From a virus, in IMG/VR virus record IMGVR_UViG_3300017989_000002: a DNA stretch of 64,000 bases; one strand, 5' to 3'. The position numbers were made by a program, and so were the translations under genes. The notes beneath the pieces were generated by a model. That model did no database searches and was not told the DNA's origin. It was given only the letters and a program-made list of their open reading frames with translations. Each line of letters starts with the position of its first letter. Position 1 is the stretch's first letter. Below are positions 56,709 to 63,032 of this stretch, in pieces.

Positions 56709-57067
56709 ACACCGAACGACGAGAGCTTCCCTACGAGGACTGGCTCAAGGAAGGAGAGGAGCGCTTCGGCGCCGACCGCAAGCAGTGGTGGTTCGTCTGC
56801 CCCGTGTGCGGGGTGGTGACCCAGGTCCAGGAGTGGCTCGATGCCGGCGTCGAGGGCATGATCGCCTTCTCCTGCATCGGCCGCACGATGCCTCCGGACA
56901 AGACCCGCGAGGCGCTGGGCGGTGAGGGCGAGGGTCCCTGCGACTACGCCGGCGGCGGGCTGTTCCGGCTCAACCCCGTCACCATCACCGGACCGGAGGG
57001 CACCTCCTCCCGGTTCGAGTTCGCCACGGACGAGCAGGTGGCTGCGGCCAAGGAGCGTGCGGCATGA
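56705..57067 (+). CDS. VVA0879-like protein
   Basis: W..EG..RFG.D...W.FVCPVCG...SCIGR...CDYAGGGLF. Confidence 0.65.
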   Translation: MNTERRELPYEDWLKEGEERFGADRKQWWFVCPVCGVVTQVQEWLDAGVEGMIAFSCIGRTMPPDKTREALGGEGEGPCDYAGGGLFRLNPVTITGPEGTSSRFEFATDEQVAAAKERAA

Positions 57068-57381
57068 GCAACGTCGAGAAGGCTGGCCTCAAGAGCATCA
57101 CGCTCAAGCTCCACGACGGCAGAACGTGCTCGTGCACGCTGCCGTTCCCCGAGTGCGAGTACGTGGTGGCGTCCAAGTTCAAGTGCGAGTGCAGCAGGGC
57201 GCAGGACCTGCAGGTGGCCGGCTACGGCGACAGCCACAACCCCGACGACCGGACCACCGAGTCGAAGGCCGGGTGCGCGCGCTGCGGCGGCTCCATCGGC
57301 ACGTTGATCGTGAAGCACAACACCCTGTTCGGCATCGAAGAAGACCGGCGCGTCACCGCGGGGCGGTGCCGGGTCTACTGA
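57064..57381 (+). CDS. Cys-rich hypothetical protein
   Basis: CARCG...TLFGIEED..V..GRCRVY. Confidence 0.7.
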   Translation: MSNVEKAGLKSITLKLHDGRTCSCTLPFPECEYVVASKFKCECSRAQDLQVAGYGDSHNPDDRTTESKAGCARCGGSIGTLIVKHNTLFGIEEDRRVTAGRCRVY

Positions 57382-57385
57382 CACC

Positions 57386-57413
57386 AGCCGCCGGCCCTTC
57401 GGGGTCGGCGGCT
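57386..57413. terminator. hairpin with cUUCGg loop between convergent operons
   Basis: AGCCGCCGGCCC-TTCG-GGGTCGGCGGCT. Confidence 0.8.
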
Positions 57414-57786
57414 ACTCGGCCTTCCCTGCTTCGGCCTCAGCTTCTTCGGCTTCTGCCTCGGCCACCTTGGCCTTCTTGACCGCAGCGCGCGCCTGCTGGA
57501 TGTACTCGATGCCCTGCTCGACGACCTCCTCACGGAGAGGAGGCTCGATCAGAACGGGAGCAGGAGCGGCCACCGGGGGCGGAGCCGCCCTCATGGCTGC
57601 CGGAGGGGCGGGCTCCGGGAGGGGCACCAGGATGAAGCCTTCGGGCGGGCACTCCGGAGGCTGTGGGCACCAGCAGTCCTCGGGAGGCTCGTCCAGCGCT
57701 TGGGCATGCGCCGGCGGTGCGCTGTCGCAGACGCGCAGCGAGAACATGAACAAGAGCGGGCCGATGACGGCGTAGCTGGGGCGCAT
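57412..57786 (-). CDS. exported Pro-rich protein (o-spanin-like)
   Basis: signal-like N-terminus with Cys, CWCPQPPECPP, poly-Pro. Confidence 0.5.
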   Translation of the reverse strand: MRPSYAVIGPLLFMFSLRVCDSAPPAHAQALDEPPEDCWCPQPPECPPEGFILVPLPEPAPPAAMRAAPPPVAAPAPVLIEPPLREEVVEQGIEYIQQARAAVKKAKVAEAEAEEAEAEAGKAE

Positions 57787-58034
57787 CACTTCTCCTCGCA
57801 GCGGGTGAGCATCACTTCGCAGTAGTCCAGTGCCTGCTCGACGGCATCCTGGGCTTCGTCCTTCGCGGCACGGGCCTCCTTGCGGACCTCGACCGCGCCC
57901 TCGAGGCGCGCCAGCTTGGCCTCGCACGCTTCCTCGTTGTCGGAGGGTCCACCGAAGTAGGCGGCGGCACTCCCGCCTCCCAGCAGTAGGGCGAGGAGGC
58001 TGCTCACCGTAGCACCCTTGATCGTGACTTCCAT
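57786..58034 (-). CDS. TM + coiled-coil protein (i-spanin-like)
   Basis: LLALLLGGGSAAAYF, coiled coil, Cys; GGAGG RBS; CGGTAGGCT at 58055-58063. Confidence 0.5.
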   Translation of the reverse strand: MEVTIKGATVSSLLALLLGGGSAAAYFGGPSDNEEACEAKLARLEGAVEVRKEARAAKDEAQDAVEQALDYCEVMLTRCEEK

Positions 58035-58099
58035 GAGCAGACCTCCGTGAGGGCAGCCTACCGCGCCGTAGATCCCAACGGAAGGTCGGCCTGAACGGA

Positions 58100-58116
58100 C
58101 GCATAAGGACTTGGAG
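58100..58116 (+). promoter_or_regulatory. CGCATAAGGACTTGGAG promoter-like motif
   Basis: exact 17-mer. Confidence 0.8.
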
Positions 58117-58146
58117 GCCACCCGACTCGGCCCCCAGGAGGCATCG

Positions 58147-58407
58147 ATGCACGTCATTCGTCCCAACGTCCCGCCCGGGACCGTCAAGCTCGACACCATC
58201 AAGCAGGGAGACACGTTCCGCCTCCCCGCGCACAAGAACTGCGAGACGGTGTGGATGGTCACCGCCAACCAGAGCAGCCACCCCGACCGCGTCACCAAGG
58301 TGCGCACCGTGTCCCTCGTCGCGGGCTCGGTCGCGTACAAGAGCCCCAACGCCGACGTCGTGCCGGTCAGCGGCAAGTTCGTGGTCGACGACTGGGGGCA
58401 CGGCTGA
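58147..58407 (+). CDS. hypothetical protein
   Basis: AGGAGG RBS. Confidence 0.75.
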   Translation: MHVIRPNVPPGTVKLDTIKQGDTFRLPAHKNCETVWMVTANQSSHPDRVTKVRTVSLVAGSVAYKSPNADVVPVSGKFVVDDWGHG

Positions 58408-58784
58408 TGGGCGTCCTCGACAACGTCCGCGTCAAGCTGGACGACGGCAAGGGCCCCTCGTCCGACGACAGCCTGGCCGACGTCCTCTACCAGGAGCTGA
58501 CGGCCCTCACCTACGACGACGAGGAGCCGGGCTTCCTGTTCGCCAGCGCCCAGTGCTTCGGCATCCCCTGCCACGTCCAGCTGTTCCGGGTGGAACAGAC
58601 GATGCTGGAGAGCGGGGGCATCGCGAACCAGGAGCCGCACGCCAGCCTGCTCGAGCACCGCTCGGAGCAGCTCACCGACATGTGGGTCGCCATCGATGGC
58701 GGCGGCGGCGGGCCCTGGCGGCTCGTGCAGATCCCCGGGCGCGAAGGCGACTGGTGGCCCACCATCACCCCTCACCAGCACTGA
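58407..58784 (+). CDS. hypothetical protein
   Basis: TGATG coupling. Confidence 0.7.
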   Translation: MGVLDNVRVKLDDGKGPSSDDSLADVLYQELTALTYDDEEPGFLFASAQCFGIPCHVQLFRVEQTMLESGGIANQEPHASLLEHRSEQLTDMWVAIDGGGGGPWRLVQIPGREGDWWPTITPHQH

Positions 58785-59107
58785 TGGGTGCCTTCGACTT
58801 CGACCGCATGAACGACGCCATCACGGGCATCGAGGACGAGCTCCGCGACTACCAGATCCTGGTGCCGTTCACCTACTCGGTGGGCGACATCGAGGTGTCC
58901 TTCGACACCGTCCAGCCCGACGGCTGGTGCCTCCGGGTAGGCATCCGGCTGCTCACCTCGGTCCCTGTCCGCCACAAGGTGGAGATCCTCACCAACCTAC
59001 AGCTTCTCACCGAGGCCGCTGCCGACGCTCGGCTGTCGCTCAGTGAGAAGTTCCAACAGGCCACCCTCGCAGCAGAGGCGTGGACCGCACCGCCGGAGGT
59101 CCCATGA
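58784..59107 (+). CDS. hypothetical protein
   Basis: TGATG coupling. Confidence 0.7.
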   Translation: MGAFDFDRMNDAITGIEDELRDYQILVPFTYSVGDIEVSFDTVQPDGWCLRVGIRLLTSVPVRHKVEILTNLQLLTEAAADARLSLSEKFQQATLAAEAWTAPPEVP

Positions 59108-59871
59108 GCACCCTCGACCTACGGCGACTTGCAGACGACCCCGACTACGCAGACGACCTCGTCGCCCACTGGGCGGCGCAGAAGGAGACCCTCATGAACC
59201 AGACCGCACCCATCAACTGGCGCCGCATCGAGCGCCCCAAGACCTGGCGCCCCGCCGCCGGAACCACCCTCGTCGGCTACTACATCGGCAAGTCCGTCCG
59301 CGACGGCAAGCACGGGCAGTACGAGGTCGTCATCATCGGCGTCCCCGTCGGCGACGGCTTCAGTCGCCCGCACATGATCTCGGGCACCCAGATCGTGCAG
59401 GCCATCGACGCCGGCAACGTGCAGCCGGGCAACCTGGTGCGCGTCACCTTCGAGGGGATGCAGGAGCTCAAGCGGAAGCGTGACGACGGGACGCCCTTCG
59501 AGATGAAGGTGTTCGTCGTCGACGTCGCCGAGGGCTCGCTGTCCGTCGAGGAGACCGCCGCCTACATCCGGGAGCTCAACGGCGAGATCGAGGTGGAGGA
59601 GGACACCCCTCGCCAGTACGACAACGACGTCTTCCACGACAAGGTCCTCGCCTACTGCGTGGCCGCCCTCGAGCGCGCGCGCCGCGAGAACCCGGACGCG
59701 CTGCAGGGGGACGTCGTCAAGACGTCTCTGCTCAACGCCGCCAAGGCCGAGATGCAGGGTCAGATCGACGCCGGCGAGGTCGTCGTGACGGAGGAGCAGC
59801 GCGCCATGCTGCCCGGCATCGTGGACAACGCCCTGCTCGCCACGAACCCGCTCGGCGGGCGGATGCTGTGA
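59104..59871 (+). CDS. OB-fold (SSB-like) protein with acidic helical C-domain
   Basis: W.P..G.TLVGYY.G....G..G.Y....G...L......G..VRVTFEG....MKVF.V. Confidence 0.5.
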   Translation: MSTLDLRRLADDPDYADDLVAHWAAQKETLMNQTAPINWRRIERPKTWRPAAGTTLVGYYIGKSVRDGKHGQYEVVIIGVPVGDGFSRPHMISGTQIVQAIDAGNVQPGNLVRVTFEGMQELKRKRDDGTPFEMKVFVVDVAEGSLSVEETAAYIRELNGEIEVEEDTPRQYDNDVFHDKVLAYCVAALERARRENPDALQGDVVKTSLLNAAKAEMQGQIDAGEVVVTEEQRAMLPGIVDNALLATNPLGGRML

Positions 59872-60104
59872 GCAAGCCCTTCGTCGGCTGGGACCGGAAG
59901 CTCCGGCACTGGCTCCAGGCGGTGAAGGACCGCGGCTCGGCCCCGCCGCCGCACCACTGGATGACGTCTGACCGACGTCTCCGGTGTGCGGTGTGCGGGG
60001 ACGTGCTCACGGACGGCGAGCTCGAAGATCACGTTCGCCGGACCGCACCGCGGTGCGCCGTCCACGCCCCCCTCATCCCTCCCATCGAGAAGGAGTTCTC
60101 GTGA
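59868..60104 (+). CDS. small Zn-finger-like protein
   Basis: CAVCG...CAVH. Confidence 0.6.
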   Translation: MSKPFVGWDRKLRHWLQAVKDRGSAPPPHHWMTSDRRLRCAVCGDVLTDGELEDHVRRTAPRCAVHAPLIPPIEKEFS

Positions 60105-60325
60105 AGACCTACATCCTCGTCCGCACAGGCCAGTTCGCGGACACCGGCGGCTCCTACTGCCACCAGATCTACAAGCTGCAGCGCAACGGCACCTACGCCC
60201 TCCTCTCCCGCGACAACGGCGACAGCGCCGAGTTCGAGGAGGGGCCGCTCGTCGACAACCACCCCGTCAGCGCCTTCGACGGCGGGACGCGCATCGCTGC
60301 GCTCACCGCCTGGGAGGCCGCATGA
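60101..60325 (+). CDS. hypothetical protein
   Basis: AAGGAG RBS, GTG start. Confidence 0.65.
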   Translation: MKTYILVRTGQFADTGGSYCHQIYKLQRNGTYALLSRDNGDSAEFEEGPLVDNHPVSAFDGGTRIAALTAWEAA

Positions 60326-60843
60326 ACCTGTTCTACGCTCAGATGCAGGAGCCCATCCCGGCATGGCTCTACCTGCTGACGGTGTTCCTGCTGGGCTGCA
60401 TCCTGTTCCTCAACGCGCGGGTGAACCAGCGCATGCGATGGTTCTGGGCCGAGGAGCTGATGGAGGTGCACCGCCGCGCCCTGTTCGACTCCTCGCGAGA
60501 CCGGATCGACGGCTCCTGGGCCGAGAACCTGGCAGTGTCCATCGGCGGCGCCTTCACCGTCAAGGCGCGGCGCGGCGGCTACGAGTACCATGTGACCGTC
60601 AAGGGCATGCGGTCCGGTCCCTGGGTGCCCTGCGAGGTGTGGTGCATCACGTCCAACTACGCGACGGCCGCGGCTCGTGCACCGCGCCGCGTCAGCGTGC
60701 ATGCCCGCTGCTTCCCGGACGGCATCAGCGACCGGTTCCCGACCGTCGGCACCACCTTCCTCGGCCGACTCAAGGTCGAGAAGGGCTGCGCAGCCGAAGG
60801 CGGCCTGGTCTACGAGGAGGATGCTCATGCGAGACGTTCCTGA
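60322..60843 (+). CDS. membrane-anchored hypothetical protein
   Basis: TM WLYLLTVFLLGCILFL. Confidence 0.7.
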   Translation: MNLFYAQMQEPIPAWLYLLTVFLLGCILFLNARVNQRMRWFWAEELMEVHRRALFDSSRDRIDGSWAENLAVSIGGAFTVKARRGGYEYHVTVKGMRSGPWVPCEVWCITSNYATAAARAPRRVSVHARCFPDGISDRFPTVGTTFLGRLKVEKGCAAEGGLVYEEDAHARRS

Positions 60844-61141
60844 TGCCCTCACGGGCGAGGTCATCCCCGACCCGGGCGCTGTCGTCTACAAGGTGGTGCC
60901 CTGCGGTGCGCGCATCGTGCAGGCCCCGCCCTCGTGCCTGGCGGGGAACCGCTGGCAGGAGTCCTTGTCCGCGGCGGTCAGCGCCGTGCTCAAGGACTCC
61001 TCCTGGGCAGAGTGGGAGGCGCGAGGTCACACCATCGACGCCCTCGTGTGGCGCCGCACCCGGCTCTTGGAGGCAGGGGGACGTGCGAGGCATGGAGGTG
61101 GATGTACGACGATGTGCTGGATGTCCACACCTGGACGCTGA
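60827..61141 (+). CDS. hypothetical protein (may join the next ORF via the G5 tract)
   Basis: GAGGAGG RBS. Confidence 0.55.
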   Translation: MRDVPDALTGEVIPDPGAVVYKVVPCGARIVQAPPSCLAGNRWQESLSAAVSAVLKDSSWAEWEARGHTIDALVWRRTRLLEAGGRARHGGGCTTMCWMSTPGR

Positions 61142-61437
61142 CGTCCGTCGACCTGTTCATCTTGGAGAGGACGACGGACCTGCGGCGCAGCGGGAGGTAC
61201 GCGGGCCCGCACACCAGCGGCACTGGCGACCTCACGAAGGCAGGAGTCTACATGGCTCGCCTCGACCACTGGCGAGAGCTCAACACCGGCGCGCGCCTCT
61301 CCAGCGACGCCATCAAGCCGCACCCCGTCCACGACCGCCTGGACGGACTTCGTCTCGACCTCCGCAAGAAGCTGGTTCGCCTCGAGCACCAGATCTCTCG
61401 GACCTTCCCTGACCACCTCCGCCCGGAGACGCCATGA
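61102..61437 (+). CDS. hypothetical protein
   Basis: ends in ATGA coupling; start uncertain. Confidence 0.55.
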   Translation: MYDDVLDVHTWTLTSVDLFILERTTDLRRSGRYAGPHTSGTGDLTKAGVYMARLDHWRELNTGARLSSDAIKPHPVHDRLDGLRLDLRKKLVRLEHQISRTFPDHLRPETP

Positions 61438-61850
61438 GCCTCAAGACCGCCCTGATGGACGTGCTGACCCAGATCGACGGGTGCTGCCTCGACACCGAAG
61501 AGGAGCGGCAGCGTGCCTGTGACCACGTCATGGCCTGGATGCACACCGTCGTGCCCACGCCGCTGTACCCCCACGATCGGGACTGCTGCCTGTTCGCGGG
61601 GCAGGTGGTGCACGAGCACCACGGGCTGTGCGACGTGTACGAGTGCCCCGCCGCGTCCGCGTCCGACAAGAGGGTCTTCGGCGCCACCATCGTCGCCCGC
61701 TACGGGCCCGGCCCCGAGGAGTACGCGTCGATGGACGAGAAGATCCTCGAGAAGGGCCTCTCTCCCAAGTCGGTGCTCCGCGCAGCCCACGCCCTCGTCG
61801 TCGCCCGGCGCGAGGTTCACCCGCCGGAGGTGCTCCACCCCTCCACCTGA
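61434..61850 (+). CDS. hypothetical protein
   Basis: PLYPHDRDCC.F.G..CDVYEC..TIVARYG...YAS. Confidence 0.7.
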   Translation: MSLKTALMDVLTQIDGCCLDTEEERQRACDHVMAWMHTVVPTPLYPHDRDCCLFAGQVVHEHHGLCDVYECPAASASDKRVFGATIVARYGPGPEEYASMDEKILEKGLSPKSVLRAAHALVVARREVHPPEVLHPST

Positions 61851-61908
61851 AGCCCACCCCACTGTCCGAGGTGCCCGGTTACCCTGCTGGGCACCCCTGG
61901 AGGACACT

Positions 61909-62193
61909 GTGACCACCCGTGGCGGAGACGCCCGCATCCTGACAGACCGCGAGTACGAGAGCCTCATCGACAAGTTCCCCTCGCTCCGAGACCGGATCGC
62001 CCTGCACCAGCACGATGCCCTGCGCCGTCAGCGCATCAAGGAGCTGGAGACCCGGCCCGCCGAGGGGGGACCTTCCCTCCACGAGATCATCGGACTCATC
62101 CGTTCCCACGCCGACGGTCGCGAGACCACGGTGCGGGGCAAGACCATCCTCAAGCTCGCCGACGAGCTCGAGGCCACCTACGAGGCCGCCTGA
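61909..62193 (+). CDS. hypothetical protein
   Basis: GGAGG RBS, GTG start. Confidence 0.65.
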   Translation: MTTRGGDARILTDREYESLIDKFPSLRDRIALHQHDALRRQRIKELETRPAEGGPSLHEIIGLIRSHADGRETTVRGKTILKLADELEATYEAA

Positions 62194-62219
62194 CGGCCTA
62201 CCCCAGACCTGGAGCAACC

Positions 62220-62828
62220 ATGCGACGCAACACCTTCCTCACCACCCTCGCCCTCTTCGCCGGCATCGGCGCATCCAGCGGCGCGCCAGAGGCCTCGGCC
62301 GACGGCAACGCCGCGAAGCCCTCCCCCAGCAACCCCGCGGGTCCCGACGGACACCAGGGCGGCGGCGGCATCAGCATCGACCTGTCCGGCCCCGCCAACG
62401 TGCTCCGAGCCTGGCGCACGCCCGAGCAGGTCGAGGATCGCCTCCGCGCCGCCAAGGCGAAGCGGTACATGCGCGCGACCAAGCTGGCTGCCCAGGCCGG
62501 CTACAAGGTCGGCATGCCCGTGGTGGCGCTCCGTGACGTGACCGAGAGCGGGCACGAGGACCTCGCCAACCACGAGATCTCGCCGCCGGACACGAGCAAG
62601 GGCGAGAGCTTCGACCCCGCCTACGTGCACGGTGCCAAGGGCGAGCGAGGCGTCATCGTCGGCGTCGACTACGGCGGCGAGCCGACCGTGCGCTTCGAGC
62701 GGACGGGCACGGCCACCCTCGTGTCCCACGCCGAGGTCGTGCCGCTGCTGCCGCACGGGTTCAGCAGCAGCGTGGTCGCGAAGCGGCGGCTCGCGCAGGG
62801 CCTCGAGCTCCAGGCCGCCCTCGGCTGA
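62220..62828 (+). CDS. twin-arginine-signal protein with C-terminal SH3/NifZ-like domain
   Basis: MRRNTFLTTLALFAG; YKVGMPVVALRDV...KGERGVIVGVD..PTVRF. Confidence 0.6.
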   Translation: MRRNTFLTTLALFAGIGASSGAPEASADGNAAKPSPSNPAGPDGHQGGGGISIDLSGPANVLRAWRTPEQVEDRLRAAKAKRYMRATKLAAQAGYKVGMPVVALRDVTESGHEDLANHEISPPDTSKGESFDPAYVHGAKGERGVIVGVDYGGEPTVRFERTGTATLVSHAEVVPLLPHGFSSSVVAKRRLAQGLELQAALG

Positions 62829-62921
62829 GGTACGCTGCCTGATGCCGGGGAGTCACGCCCCCGGTCCTTCCGTCGAGGCGACCTGCTCACGACACCTCGC
62901 CCTCCAGTTCTGCCCGCCTCC

Positions 62922-62949
62922 AGGCCCCGTCGCTCACGCGGCGGGGCCT
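62922..62949 (+). terminator. terminator-like hairpin
   Basis: AGGCCCCGTCGC-TCAC-GCGGCGGGGCCT-T. Confidence 0.65.
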
Positions 62950-62994
62950 TCCGCGTTGACGGCCTTCTTCGGTAGAAGGGCGGGCCGTTTCGAC

Positions 62995-63011
62995 CGCATA
63001 AGGACTTGGAG
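62995..63011 (+). promoter_or_regulatory. CGCATAAGGACTTGGAG promoter-like motif
   Basis: exact 17-mer, 38 nt before ATG 63033. Confidence 0.8.
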
Positions 63012-63032
63012 AACATCTTCCCTGGAGACCTC

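Noticed and set aside
62650-62700. GVIVGVDYGGEPTV as a terminase nuclease-motif mimic
   Set aside because: It sits naturally within an SH3-like beta pattern and is too short to support mimicry.
62841-62870. CTGATG followed by a hairpin as a hammerhead ribozyme
   Set aside because: The core reads CTGATGC rather than CTGATGA, and no GAAA follows the stem.
62959-62988. N4-like hairpin promoter upstream of CGCATAAG
   Set aside because: A comparable hairpin is not evident upstream of the other nine copies.
12118-63011. CGCATAAGGACTTGGAG repeats as a CRISPR array or attachment sites
   Set aside because: The copies are kilobases apart, have no regular spacers and always precede operon starts.
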